A stretch of 53,689 nt of DNA, filler included, from Dirinaria sp. TL-2023a (GCA_051941275.1; 2 parts of 2 records of this genome joined end to end with filler, not necessarily neighbours in it), one strand, 5' to 3'. Shown: positions 20,694 to 34,674, counted from the first letter of the whole stretch. Notes: generated by a model not told the origin, from the letters alone. A program made the numbers and translations.

Positions 20694-23012
20694 ATGGAAG
20701 GTGCCAGCCAGGGCAATCAATTTCATTTTGCAGTGGTGGTTCCAGACCGGCGACCAAGGGCATGGGAACGCGCACCAAGAGCATCATTTGCAAGTCGGCA
20801 TCGCGGGAGGAAAGTTTGGAAGCGTTATGAACTGCGACAGATTGATGGTCCGCCTCGAAAGGCTGAACCAAATCCACAACCTCTCTCCGAAAACACAGAA
20901 AGCATCGTGGGCACGCCAAACCGAAGACCAGTGAAGCGGCTGCGCAATGCGCCCCGATCCGGAAAGAAGGAAGGAGCGCCCGACGCCACACAATATATTG
21001 CTACTCTGTGTGAGAAGGCACCCGCAACACCTAAAAGTACTGTATACCCTCAGACCTTCGCATTTTGACAGAGACAATGTAGCCAAAGAAGGAGAAGCCT
21101 AACAATGTGGTGCTTTCTAGGAAAATGCGCAAGGCGCAAGAGTTTGAAACCGGATCTCTTCAGGAAAGCAGTGGCTAAGCAAAGCCCAACCAAGCAACAT
21201 TCCACTGGTCCTACGACACCGGTCTCTGCCCACCATTGCGATGCGCCATCGCCTCTGCTACAATTGAACTCCAAATCTCAGCCTGAGCTGGCTGATGAAC
21301 CTACGTCGCCGACACGCAAGGAAGTGGAAGAGGATGCGCTTAAGGCAGAAGAAGGGCCTTCTTGGGAAGACGTGGAGATCGCATTGGGAGTCGCAGTGTC
21401 CACCGATCTGGCAAACATTGGGCTCGCCGTTCAGCTAGAGCATCAGCATGTTTCGGCCAAGGCGCAAGTCATCGAAATTGTCTCCAGTGACACTGCAGAT
21501 GGAGGCCTGCCAACATATGAGGTTGCTACTGCACAGTCCAGACCTGATGAGCCTTTTGAGACGAGTCAAGAGCCATTCATTGAGGATGAAGAGATTACTA
21601 TCTGTTTGCCCGAAGAGATTCGAACTCCTTCTCCAAGATTCTGCAAGGACTCAACTCCTCCATCGTCGAAACGCGTAGTTTCGATCACGACACGAGAAAT
21701 CACACTACCCAAGTATGAACAAGTTGATAAGCCGAGAGTAGTGCAACCCGCTTCCGACCATGAAAGCGTGCCAACCAAGAATGCCGATTACCTATCTCCT
21801 ACTTTGAGTCCGGAACGAACGTCTGACGCACAAGGAGAGGGAAATGTTTCCATCAATGATCCTACAATACTTTCAAGTGTCCAGGAAGCTCCGGTCACGC
21901 CTAATACTGAAGGTGACACAATCTCGCAGTCGGACGAATTGAGTCAAAACGACAAAAATCACGCCATACCAGATGAAAATGGCTTCAATGATTTATCCCA
22001 TCCGGTCGGAGACGAGTCCGCTCACCCGTCTGTGGCAGTGGCCTATGTGAATCTTAGTCCCCAATTGGAAGACTCAAACTTTATCCCTCAGCAGAACGAG
22101 GGCGATGTATCACAGGGTTCAACTGAAAGCGCTGTTGATCTATCGCAACCCATAGATGACGCAATTGCTTCTCAAGCCATGCCTGCTAAGACGACTCGCT
22201 CGGGAGCTCGTTTTAGCGACGACACGAATCTGCTGAAAGACTTCTTGAACCGAGCACAAGCCAAGAAGCTCACAAAGGATCTCGGCATGCCGGAGAACGA
22301 GCTATCTGCCATGTCCCCACGACGCTCCCCACGGAAAGCCCTCGCCGAATGTACAATCAATTCTCCATCCCCACGGAAAATGCCGGATCTCGCCGGTCGA
22401 CCCGGCACGCCTCCGGGAATGCAGCGACTGGATGCATTCACCTTGGATGACGCTGATGAGCTTAGTGGGGAGCCGATGTCGTGTCGACGCAGCACACGAA
22501 TCCGTTTGCCCGCACCACCACGGCTCCCTCCAGGCGCTCCCAGCTTTATCCCTGTGCGGAGAGCCGATAGGACAGAGCCTGTGGTGCTGCTGCAGAAATC
22601 GGTGGCCCAAGACCTGGCGGTGCAGACCCGCGCAAATACTCGGCGCAACAAAGGGCAGTCGAAGCCGCCTAGCGTAGCGCTGCAGCATCTGACAGCGGAA
22701 ACGGTGGAGACGATATGCTCCCATGCGCAGGCCAATGAAAAGGCGAAGTCGGTAGGCTGGGATGAGCGGCTGGTGTACTACTACTGTCGAGACTCACAAG
22801 ATGGCCCAGCGCCGACACCGGCACCGGCACCGGCACCGGCACCGTCATCGGTGGTAGCAGAAGAGGGGAGGGATTCTGAAAAGCGACCCAAAGTGCGCAG
22901 ACTACGTGGATTGGGAGCTGCGAACGGCACGCCAGCGCCCAAGAAGATAATGGCCAACGTCTCTGCTCCTGCTGGGACGCCGGCGCCAAAACGACGAGGA
23001 CGGCCGCGGTGA
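20694..23012 (+). CDS. Hypothetical disordered protein (~744 aa), 2 exons
   Basis: Exon 20694-21036, 84-nt intron (GTACTG...CTAAC...TTCTAG), exon 21121-23012 in matching phase. Islands RRPRAWERAP, DDTNLLKDFLNRAQAKK, TRANTRRNKG, KSVGWDERLVYY. Confidence 0.78.
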
Positions 23013-24526
23013 AAAATGACGCTTAATTCGGGGGTTTTAGGAAGGTTTGGGTCCAATTGCCAATTGCAGGGGGACTTTCTACAGAATTCCATCATTTCCA
23101 TGGGCGACCGTTCCGGCGCTACAAGTAGTTTTTTGCGGGGAAAGAGAGATCTGGGGTAGTGGGGACGCATTGACAACGGTAGTGCAGGCGACTTGTTCCA
23201 TGCCGGTTCTATGCGGTCCTATCCACTGGGTCCGATATAAGGCCAAGCCTGCTGGTTCCAAATGGGATCGCACAGTAGCCGCTCAGGATTGGAAATTGGG
23301 GAATAATATGGGGGGATTTTGGGGGAGAGTGGGGAAGATGAAGAGTGATGAAGAGAGTGGCCAGGCTAGAAGAATCATTTGCAGTTTCCAGCCAAAAAGC
23401 TCTGCACTACTCCTTGCACTATGCTAGACCAAGCTCTCTCTCTCTCTCTCTCTGGCTTCTTTTCCATCTTGGGCCAGGTCGGGAGGTCGGCAAGCACAGC
23501 TACGTTACCTACTGTACTTACCTACCTTAGTGGGGTCTGAGCGCACAGAAGGCGGCGCGATAATATTCCCTTACCTAGGGTGAGGTATCTTCCGTTCATC
23601 ATGACTGGCTTAGGATTCACACACATTTGTGCAATGGGGTTTAGTCAGGTACGGAGAGTGAGATGAATGGAAAAGGCAAAAAAAAGCAAGCAGAGATTTT
23701 TCTGAGGGCGTAACAGTACGAGTTCCGGTTTGATGACAAGCGAACGAATGAGGGACATGTGATTTTTCCATTTCTCCCTAGCGTCGTTGATGTGCCAGCC
23801 TTGGCATCATCTGGACGATCATCAAACCGTAAACACAATGATAATGATACCTGCCTCTCAACACACTTACTGATAGAGCATCCGAAGACCTTCACCCCGG
23901 AATCCCGTATGATTATTGTGAGTCCATCTCATCCACAACACCAGTGCCATGCCAAGATGGAATAATGCTGTCATCGAGGGAGGACTATTAGTCACAGGCA
24001 GCACGTGGATGGAGGAGGCGATGACGCTATTACCCCATAAGAACCCGAGGAACCCTTTATGGATGCCTTATTATTCAGTCATTCCTGTTCAACAGTCGCC
24101 ATCGTCCAGTTGAAAGGAACCCAAAATAGCGTCAAGCTGAACCAGATGATGCAATTCAAGCAACGTCTCTGCTTCATCACCCAAAGCACATGTCCTTGGC
24201 TGACTCAAACCCCCGACTCTGCTGTTATATCCCGGATGTTCCTGCTCGGATGAGCCAATCCTCTTTCTCTATCCTAGCCTACAATACCTGACCTTACTTT
24301 CCTACCATTCTTGAGTTACTGAATACTGTAGCCCCTCCCTCAGTAACCGTGTTTCTCTTACCCTATCGTGCTGTCGACACAGACTGCATCTCAAGGTCCT
24401 CTCGCCAACACCGCTCAATCCTCCCTGCTTCTCATATTTCTTCTCTTATCTCACCCTTCCACGCCTCCCATCATCCGCCACTGATCTTTTCGCGCTCTGT
24501 ATCCCAATTCTCAGGTATACGCGATC

Positions 24527-26687
24527 ATGCCTTCATTCTGCGACGCACGAGTCACAAGCTCGTCCATGCGTTATCGTGCAGAAGACTACCACACGCTAAC
24601 CAATCGAAGAGCCTCATCTCCACCTTCCCCAGATCTCCAAACTACTGCGGTGCAAGCTGATGCGCAGCCCAACTACCGGCGGCCCGTCATCACTTCACCC
24701 GACAAGCGCGTCTCTTCTACCTCCACGCACACTGCACCGTGCACTTTGCAGGGTTCTAGCGGAAGGGATCAAATAAGACACACGCCCAGGGCATGTGTGA
24801 AGGAGGATTCCTCTTGTAAGAAATTCCTCGACTGGTCCTCATCCCTTGGCCCCGTTCACGCCGCTAACGACTCATGATGCGACCAGCAACCGCGCAATCC
24901 TTCCTCGAGTCGATCAACACCAACATCTCGCCAGTCAGAGAGTCGAGTCAGGATGGTCTCTTTGAGCAGATCGACGCCAACGAGTCTTGTACGTGTGCGT
25001 GTCGCTGTGGCAGGTCGCCGACATGGAGGCCGAAGGGGAAGAGAAGGAGTCGGAGCTACACCGGCATGAGAACTGGAATATCAGAGCTGACCGCGTGGGA
25101 CTGGGAACCTCGTCATGAGCCGGTCAGCATCGAACCAACGAAACCGAACGGTCCCGGCGAGGCGCCTCTGGAGAGGTTACCGGCGGAGATCTTGGGTACG
25201 CCTCTCATGCAGGTTCCCGCCCTCGGTGCAGGACTAACCTCTGAGCAGATGAGATTATCGCGCAGCTGGCTCTATCGTTGCCCCCGGCCACCTACGCCCC
25301 GAGGAATGTCGACCTTATCTCATGCCTCCTCACATCCCGCACGATCCACGTCGCCACCATCAACACGCTGTACAACCACATCACCATCCCGCACTCTCAT
25401 ATCTTCAGCAAATTCATGGCCCATATCTGCGAGTGCCCAGGGTTAGGCACTCTCGTGCGAAGATTAGACCTATCACACTTTACTTCGGTAGGACTCGGTC
25501 GAACGCGCCAGATGAATACCGAGATCCAAAACATGACATCGCGTACGCTTCTGAAATGCCTCCAGCTGACACCCTACCTCAAAGAAGTGCTTGTACAGGA
25601 GCACCTCGACGAAGACATCGACGAGTCGGTCATCCGCAAGCTCTTCTTCGGTCTTCCCAAACTCCAAGCCGTGGACTTCTGCGCCGCCGCATCGTCCTCA
25701 TTCGTGGAGTCCATCTCAGCAGTCATCCGAACCTTGAACGGGCCCGCGGGAAGCGAGCTTGGCCTTCGTCGACTGGGCTTGCACGAATGCTTCACCCTGC
25801 AGTCTTCCGCATTTGAAGGCCTTCTCCCTCATCTCCCGAACCTCACACACCTCGACGTTGCACATACGCGCGTCACCGATCGAGCCCTCGCCTCGATCCC
25901 TCACTCGGCGAAGCTGACGCATCTCAACCTCGGCCGCTGCCACCAAATCACCGGTCCCGGCGTTGTTGATTTTCTGACCAAACACCCCGCCGTGACCGAT
26001 CTTGTCTATCTCAGCCTCGCATGCGACGTGGCGTCTTATCGTCTACTATCTGAGCGGGATGTCGAGCTCCTAGTCCCTACCCTGCCTTCGACTCTTCGTT
26101 CGTTGAACCTCAATGGCGCGAGGATCCGCTCAGAACACATGCCCCTCCTCCTGCCTTTGACAAAACATCTGGAAGAACTCTCTCTTGCACACAGCAGACT
26201 CACCCTCCAGGACATTAACTCAATATTCCGGCCACACCCGGCTCCCTCCGATCCAGGGCCTTGCACCACGCCGCATCGCGACCAAGCCGAGCATACGCAA
26301 TGGACACGCCCATCCTTGCACTACCTCGACCTCAGCCATATCGCCTCCATTACCCAACCTACGCTCTTCTCGTCCGCATGCACGCTCCTCAGCCTCGCAG
26401 CGCAACCTTTAGAAGTCCTCGAGCTGGGCGACAAGGTCATCTCTTCGCTCCGAGAATGCCGCAACACGAATAAGCGGCTGGGGTGGTGCGTCAAGGAACT
26501 GGGGCGGCGGGGTTGGTACGTGCGCGAGCCTGTGATGCCCGCCGCTGGGCAGGAAGGCGCAGGCACGGGCAATGGCAGCGGCAGGAGGAGTTGGAAGATG
26601 GGCGCCATGTGGTGGGGGATGCGCAAAGTGCCTGTGGCGGTCGGCGAGGTGGGAGGGTTGTATGGGCATTATATGTTTAAAAAATGA
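24527..26687 (+). CDS. F-box / leucine-rich-repeat protein, 3 exons
   Basis: Exons 24527-24815, 24887-25195, 25249-26687 with in-phase GT-AG introns and CTAAC branch points. F-box-like LERLPAEILDEIIAQL spans intron 2; LRRs include LRRLGLHEC, LTHLDVAHT, LTHLNLGRC, LRSLNLNG. Start codon is less certain. Confidence 0.85.
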
Positions 26688-26794
26688 GGGGAAAGAAAGA
26701 CATTGACATTATTCGGCTTTCCACTGCTTCTAATTATGATGTTACGAAGAAAAGAAAGACGAGGGCATAGGTAAGGTAGGAAGGAGGATGAAAA

Positions 26795-26895
26795 ANNNNN
26801 NNNNNNNNNNNNNNNNNNNNNNNNNNNNNNNNNNNNNNNTTAATTAATTAANNNNNNNNNNNNNNNNNNNNNNNNNNNNNNNNNNNNNNNNNNNN
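26795..26895. other. Assembly gap with artificial six-frame-stop linker
   Basis: N-run, then TTAATTAATTAA at 26840-26851, then N-run. Confidence 0.95.
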
Positions 26896-29800
26896 CTTAT
26901 GCCACCACCACCACCACCACCTCCTAGGAGGTCATCATCATCATCATCATCAACCATATTATTCACAGGCACATCCTCGATATACTTGCCGAACAGCAAG
27001 GAATGGATGACGCCCGCCACGCCCCAGTAATCGACCTGGTACGTCCAGGGCCGCATCTCGCGCATCTCGGCGCAGTCAGCCTTGCCCGTTTTCCAGTCGG
27101 CGATGAACCGGACGTCGGGGCGGAAGGCGCGGAGGTCGATCCCGCGGCCGAAGTCGATCAGGGTGAGGCCCTTGGAACTCCAGCCGCGGGAGCCGTCGGC
27201 GTGGTATTGGCTGTCCCAGCTGTTGTCCTCTGCGCCGCTGCTGGTGCTGCTGGCAGTGTGAGTAGTGGGAGGAGGAGGAGGGAGCAGCCGCACGAGGCAG
27301 TTGTCGGCTTTCAAGTCCCCGTGTAATACCCCTGCGGCGTGCATCGCTTCGACGGTGCGTAGCAGTTCGATGGTGAAGAACATGGCGACGCTCTCTTCGA
27401 GCACGGCGTACGCGTCCGTTTTGGCCGTGTTGACCAGGTCGAGCAGAGTGCCTTGGTCGAGGTATCGTTCGAGGAGGTAGCCTTCGTCTGCGAAGAGGTG
27501 GATCGAGTACGGGATCAGGATCGAGGAGGCGGCGCGGGAGTGTGCGAGTCGGGTTCGCAGAGTGGACATGATGTAAAACTCCCATGGCGTCGGCGGGTGC
27601 TCGCATTTTACGGCGACGACTTGGGTTGCCGTTTGTGGCTCCTCGTCGGTTTCCGAGCTGGAAGATGGGCTCTGCTGCTCCGCAAGGTAAACGGGGGCGA
27701 AGGCGCCCTTGCCGAGTTCACGTTTGATGGTATATGTATCGCTGGCAGAATCTGGGAAGGTGATCTTCGGAGGCAAGGAGAGGTTGGTTGTGGTCTTGTC
27801 CGAGTTGTTCTTCGAAATCTTAGCAAGCGCCTTGACATACTTGCGGATTTCTGGACCTTTGCTGAAGGTGGTTGGCCTATGGTCGTGGAAGCCGGCATAT
27901 GCTGAAAGTGGCGGTTCGAGGCTCTCGATGATAGTTTCCCGTATAGACTCATCGCATGGGTTACATTGGGCGTCCTTGATGGCAGGCTCTGAGGCCCGGG
28001 CTGTTGGTGGAGTGATCTTCTTTGATGTGGAGTCGACACTCTTCGTAGATTTGACGGGTGAGCGCTCTGTGATCCTCTGACGATTTGTGTTTGCCTCATT
28101 GATGATCTCTTGGAAAGGGCTGCTGAGAAGTTCATCCTCAATGTGAAGGCCGACGGACCCATCCCCATGCTGACGAGAAGGTGTTTTAGAGTTAAAGTAG
28201 TCTTTCTCTTCACGTATAGTGAGCGCACCCATCGAAGACTCGGTTTTCTCAACGATCGGAGTCATGAACGGTAGTCTGCTCTGGAAAGCTTGTGCAGGAT
28301 CTCGATAAGGGTGAGTGGGAGCCTCGCAATCTTCTGGAGGTAATGGGATAAATTTCTCTCGAAGTCGATCCGTCTCCAGCTCTGGCAATACTGGTGTTAC
28401 CAATTCCTCAATCTCCTGCTGCTGCTGCTCTTCGGCTGCAGTGTCCTCGTAGACGACAAATTCTCCATCTACAGATTTGTGAGATTCATGGCTTTCCTTC
28501 TCCAACAGGTTGTCGACTTTGGGCACATGCTTGCTTTTGGTAAAATCTGACCAAGGACTGCCACTGGTGCCAGTAGCTTCGTCTCTGTCAGCTAAACTTC
28601 TGCTGTCAGTGTCTGCATCACCAAATTCGCTCGTGCCTGATATCCTTCCTGTACCTGTGCTTTCACCAGCACTAGTGTAGTCATCATCATCGTAGTCACT
28701 TTCGCAGATACTCTCCGCCTGGCTCTCCATCGGTCCCATATTTCGCAGCGGCTGATTGAAAATGTCGAGTATATCCTCGGTAGCAGCTTTGGTATGCAGC
28801 GTCATCGTCGGCTCCGCAGACGTTTTACGTCGAAGCTTTGGTGGCCCAGTGGGCGATGCAAGATTTGTTTTGACTTGGACACGTTAGTGTATCGGTGTTC
28901 GAATAAACGGCATCGCTTACTGGTCTGGGTCTCTCCTTTGACTTCCCTGATTTTCATCTTCTTAGGCCGCGCTACTTTGACCTCTCGAGTCACATCTTTT
29001 GTGCTTGTCAACTCGTCCTTGTCATCCCTCTGCTCGACGGCGCTAGGGGTCTGTTTGCTTTCTTGTGTATTGCTAGTCTCTACTTCGATTGCGGTTGTGG
29101 GAGATACGACGGACTGGACGGCTGGCTGAGCAGTGATCTGGTCCTGTCTCGGCTTCTCGTGCTCCGCTGTCCAAACTCTATCAAGCCAGCCTCTGGAACG
29201 TGCTCGCAGCTCTTCAAAACTCATCTCTTCGTTAGGATCATTAGCATTAGGATATACAGCTGCAAGGTTTACGAAAACGCGCTCCACTTTCCCCGTCTTG
29301 GGATTTACTGCTTGCTGCTGCTCAGAATATCGTGAAGCATGCGATTGACTTGTATTTGGTAATTGAGAATTCGTCTAAAATTATGAGAACGCCAAACAGC
29401 CACCAATTAGTCCTGTGATCGTAAACATATAGACCAAGTGGCTACATATAAATCAACGTACCTCATCCTTGAATATCAACATCTTGGGAGGACCGCCGAT
29501 CTTCTTCCCTCCCTTCAACGTCTCTCCTACCCAAGGTCTTGCTTCTATAGTGTTCTCCTTCTTTCGTTCAGAAACCGACCCGATGTTCTCCCAGCCTTTC
29601 GATTCGTTCAGGTTTGGCCTTGATACGGATGCCGGCGTATCCGCATCATTGAAAATGGCGAGCTTTTGTCTCCCAGCCTTTGATGTCGAAAATCCAGCAA
29701 TGCCTGCTGATCGTTGCGCTTGCGGATCTGCAGGTCTAGGCGTTGATGCAAAAGGGTCCATCTTAGCCACTAGAGCTGGTCGTACGGTAGGTAGTGCAGG

Positions 29801-30442
29801 TGATGTTGGCTCGTCGCCGCTCCTTACTCGGTGCTCATATCTATGCTGAAATTCTCCGAATTTGCGGATAAGCCGCTCCGTCGGCCGTGCTTCTCGTTCT
29901 ATACCAAGCTTGTATACCTCATCCGCCTGAGTCCATCTCCCTGCGGTTTCCAGCCATGCAGCAAATTCTTCGAAAAAGAGAGCAAGGCCGTCGCCGATAT
30001 TGTGTCTTGCAAGGTATGCGAATGTCTCTCGTGGAGCGTCGGAGAAAAAGCGAATGTAGTTGAGCCATAGCTTCAGATATCGAGGGTCATTCTTGTAATG
30101 TGGTGTTGCCTGAAATGCCTTCGTTGCGCGCTCGAGTAATGGTCGCAGCTGCGATTCTGGAGTCGCTTGCGCAGATGGATATGCGCCCAGTGTCCATTTC
30201 ACGTAGCGATCGTAAACGTCCAAGGGATCGTCGCTGTCAGCTATGGCGAGCACTTCCAATTCGTATTCATGTCGTATAGCGTCGTTGAGATTTCTTGTGT
30301 CTCCAGGAGTGGGCGCATGCCTTGACGAAGGTGCGAATGTGGAGGCCAAGGCTTTAGCTGAGCGGCCACCAGGAAGTGATTGGATGTTTTCCTTCTGCGT
30401 CTCGATAATGTCGAAATTGATTAAATCCTCTGTCACGGACAT
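26896..30442 (-). CDS. BUB1: Spindle checkpoint kinase Bub1/Mad3 (MadBub type); 3' end cut by the gap
   Basis: Exons 30442-29462, 29374-28921, 28873-gap. KEN box QKENIQ, TPR region (YKNDPRYLKLW), second KEN (KKENT), GLEBS-like EEMSFEELRA, kinase motifs LGKGAFAPVY, HGDLKADN, IDFGRGID. Confidence 0.93.
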
Positions 30443-30831
30443 ACTTACAACCCGTGAAAGAACGCAGCGAGGGATGTCGATGGGGAAAAGGGCACGAGGC
30501 TTTGAAATAGAGAAACCCTGAGTACCTTAGTGCAATGCTACGTGTAGAAGAAGTCAACATCGCTCGGTTGCCCGGCGCAACCTAACGAAATCACGGAGCA
30601 AGGCTACGGTGGGCGCTTAGTCACAAGAGTGCAAACGCCTCGGAATTAAATGAGCGCCTCTAGCGCGCCTGCGCGTCATGCTGCACATCGCTTGAGTCAG
30701 TTCAAGTAGGAGAAAGGAGAAAGATAGTACTTTCGTACTCTCTTGATTTAAATTTGCCGTTCTAGCGCTACTCTCAAGAATTGAATGTGGGCGGCAATCG
30801 TTTGACCTGGAAATGTTCAAGTCTCACTGTC

Positions 30832-32913
30832 ATGCCTCCAGCAGCGTCTAGTAACCAATCACCACGCAAAAGCCCCAGGAGTCGCAAGTCCCACGCTGGC
30901 AAGGCAGAAGTGTCCGTGCGGGCCGGCGACCCAGCAACTGGATCAGTCCAAGTGGCTGATGGAGAGGGTCGAGGAAACTTTCCCCCCCACAAGACAGCAA
31001 GCATCAAAAGAGCAAAGGCCATTACCGGTGCGAATGTAAACGGCGTAGAGACGGTACCAGAGTCTGGCGGTACGAAACGCAAGAGGAAGATAGTTGAGGA
31101 GCGAGAGGTACAGGTAGACGGCAGCACACCGAAGAAGGCAAAAGGAAGCAAGAGAGTCAAGGAAGAAGATCATAGCGTTCAACAGGACGGGACAATATCA
31201 CCAACGCGCAAAGGGTCAATCAAGACAGAAGTAAAAGAAGAAAAGAGAGAGGTAGATACTCTGCCAACTAAACCCCCGAAGAAGAAGACTAAGGCTCAAA
31301 CTAAGACGCCCGTGAATCAAGAGGCTGCGGAAGAAAGTGCAGTTGTCGACGGTTCAGAGACAACGAAGAAAAGCAAGGTAAATAAAACGGCGAAGGTCAA
31401 GCCGGAAGCCGCAGAGGGTGACGAAGAAGGGGACGGAGAAGGAGAGACCCCCAAAAAACCCATACGCAAGAGGAAGACAAAAGAGGAGAAGGAAGCGGAA
31501 GCGATGCCTCTAGCTGCGCGCACGGTTGGCTTGAATATGTTCGTCGGGGCCCATGTTAGCTGCGCAAAAGGTCCGTCAGTTGCCCGTCTTGGTATTGCCA
31601 ATGTACATAGCATCTATGAAAGCTAAACCGTTCGCATTGGTACAGGAGTGCATAATACTGTGACCAATTGCCTTCATATCGGGTGACCATCCACGGATCC
31701 CAAGCGTTGCTCCCGAAACATCATATGCTTATTATTGGTCACAGCGGCAACGCCTTCGCGATGTTCCTCAAGTCGCAGCGGAAATGGGAGAACCCGCCCT
31801 TGCAGGACGAACATCGAGACCGGTTCCGCCATCTCTGCGGCCAGCACACATACGACGCGGCAAGCCACGTGCTCCCTCATGGCTCCTATCTGGTCAATCT
31901 TGCACAAGAAGATCCCGGCAAGCATGCTCAGGCGTATGATACCTTCTTGGACGATCTTCACCGCTGCGAAGCCCTCGGTATCAAGCTCTATAACTTCCAG
32001 TAAGCTATTCGCCGAACATTCGAACTTGTATTAAACGAGTAGCTCGAGCTGACCTTGGATTTCTCAAAGCCCCGGCTGGACCGGTCCCACAGCGACTCGA
32101 TCTTCCGCTCTGACACGCATCGCCGCGTCCCTCAACCGTGCAATCTCCGCTACCAGCACCGTGACCCCCGTTTTGGAAACCATGGCGGGGTCCGGCTCCG
32201 TCATCGGCTCCACCTTCTCCGATCTGGCTTCTATCATCGAACAAATCAAAGACAAATCTCGCGTTGGCGTCTGTATCGACACTTGCCATATCTTTGCTGC
32301 AGGCTACGATCTCCGTACACCTGCATCCTTCAGTCAGGTGATGGACGAGTTCGGACAGACCGTAGGCTTTAACTACCTGAAGGCCCTGCATCTGAATGAT
32401 TCAAAGGCGCCGTTTGGTAGTCATAGAGATTTGCACGCTAATATTGGTACTGGCTTCCTGGGTTTGAGGGCTTTTCACAACGTGATGAATGAGAAGCGCT
32501 TCGAAGGACTGCCAATGGTACTTGAGACTCCTATTGACCAGAAAGATCCCGAAAACCCCAGCAAGACGATCGAAGATAAGACTGTGTGGGCGAAGGAGAT
32601 CAAAATGTTGGAATCACTGATAGGGATGGACATCGAAAGCCAAGCTTTCAGGAGTGTGGAGGCGGAGTTGAATGAGGTCGGTAGGTTGGAGCGAGAAAAG
32701 CACTTGGAGCAGTACGAAAGGAAGCTAGAGAAAGAAGCCAAGGCGGCGGAGAAGGCTGCGGGCAAAGGCAAGAAGAAGATGAACAAGGAAGCCGGTCAAG
32801 GAAAGCAGACGACGCTAACGTGGCGTAGTGCTAAGGTCGTCGAGGGAGAAAGGCGAGCAGTGATGGATGAGAGCAGTGGAAGCGAGCTGTCTTCTGTAGG
32901 GCCTTCTGACTAA
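30832..32913 (+). CDS. APN1: Apurinic/apyrimidinic endonuclease (endonuclease IV family), 4 exons
   Basis: Exons 30832-31570, 31646-31682, 31745-31999, 32070-32913. Motifs VGAHVS, PHGSYLVNL, NFHPG, LETMAG, CIDTCHIFAAGYD, HLNDSK, DLHANIG, LETP; long Lys/Glu-rich N-terminal extension. Confidence 0.93.
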
Positions 32914-33273
32914 GTTGCAATCGAAAGCGCTCTTTGGTTTCGCTGAGTGAAAGCAAGACCCGCATCAATATAAACCCAAAGACATTCGCGTTGTAAAGGC
33001 AGAAATATCGCGTCTGTGTGCCAAAGGTAGCGGACGGAATCTTGAATTCTGCTTAGCTGCATTCTCGGGTCGGCATGCTGTCTGAGATATTGTGACTCTC
33101 GAGCCCAAGCATAGCAAAGACAGGGCTCGTATCGTCTCATGCATGCACATCCTTTGCGACGACGCAGATACTCGCACCTAGCCGAGAACCTGCGACGCCG
33201 CGCAGCTTATTCAGTGTCAAAGGGATCTACCAGCCAGCTCAATATGAGGTCTTGCGTAAATAAGTTGACATGA

Positions 33274-34156
33274 TCAGCCTCCTTTCCGTTGACCTCCAGC
33301 AAGCACAGCTGGCATCGCAGGCACAGCAGGCACGACCTTATTCAACCTCTCGGCCAGTTTCCTACGCTCATTTTCCAGCTTCAATCGATCAGTATTTTGA
33401 TACTCGCCACGTTCACGCAATAGCCTACTCACCACTTTCTTTACCCTAGCGAGCATACCCGCCTGCTGTCCTGCGCCTAGTCTGCAATCTTCTACCCGGT
33501 ATGGCGCGCTAATTATCACAGCGTCATTGACCACGATATTTGTGCCGTCCCAACGTGTCGGCAGCGTACGAATCAAAGCATCGAAAAGATCCTGCGCTTC
33601 TCTGCTAACAGACTTGTTCTTGCGGGCTGCGGCCTCCTTGAGACGGGCGACTGCGGCGTCTGCACGCTTTGTAAGGGCCACTGGGTCAACCGGGGCAATT
33701 GGTGGTAAAGCGGAGGTGAAGGATGGAGGCGCAGGGGAAGAGGGCGGCGAAAGAAGGGTGAAATTGTTGATAGAGGATATCGGGAAAACATGGTGGGTTG
33801 GTGGTGTCGAGGGGATGGAGATGGCGACCAGGTTAGTAATAGGACAGGCCGTGAAAAGAGTCCCTTCAAGCGTAGGATGGGCAGCGAGCTTAGTCTCAAG
33901 ACGGATGCTAGATAGTGGACAGGTTAGTTTGTACTCAATATGTGTTAAGAAATTACAAGGCCGTCGTGTTGCAACAATCAGCAAGTCCGGCGCGACAAAT
34001 TTTTGAGAGCATGGACAAGATGAAATTGATCAGAGCTTACCGGGCTCCAATGACTGCGCTCAAGGCATTTTCATGAGACACCACACCCGAAGAGCCGATG
34101 TTCGGAGTTGCAATAGGATATTTCCCGCTAGCGTTCTGACGCTTGGCGTCCGCCAT
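33274..34156 (-). CDS. LSM12: Lsm12-like protein (LSm fold plus anticodon-binding domain), 3 exons
   Basis: Exons 34156-34041 (MADAKRQ...AVIGAR), 33907-33433, 33378-33274. Motifs LEGTLFTACPITNLVAI and VSREAQDLFDALIRTLPTRWDGTNIVVNDAVIISAPYRVEDC...RVKKVLENER. Confidence 0.78.
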
Positions 34157-34611
34157 CAGAGATTTTGCCTGAGGATGTTTCAGTAATCGGCGGCACTTTC
34201 CAACGCGCCTGGCAACATGGATATTCTAGCCTCAGGCAGTGAAGCCTAAGGAATCCACGAGCACAGCAGAGATGGATGATGCAAAGGAGTGACAAGAAGC
34301 AAAGAAAGGGTAGATTCAGGCAGAAGCAGTGAATACTACCACATGCACCGATCAGCACTCGTGTACTGCGATGCGAAATGTACAACGAGGAATGAATAGG
34401 GCGGAGGGTTCACTCAAGTAATGTACTCAAGTGCCGACTGAAACACAGAACAGAAAGAAACTAGAAAGCTCAGGGTCGCGGGGGTTAGTTGATGCTGGCT
34501 GGCTACCGGCATGAGCGGGCCGTCCCTATGCCAAGACATCCCGGCTGGATAAAACTTTAATCCGACTCTACTTACCTCACCTTTACTCCTGGGTTTCTCT
34601 GAGCCTCTGTA

Positions 34612-34614
<3 letters not shown>

Positions 34615-34670
<56 letters not shown>
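34615..34670. repeat. (TC)28 microsatellite
   Basis: Perfect dinucleotide run. Confidence 0.97.

Positions 34671-34674
<4 letters not shown>

Noticed and set aside
26844..26895. Apparent BUB1 stop codon in the ORF track
   Set aside because: It falls inside the artificial linker.
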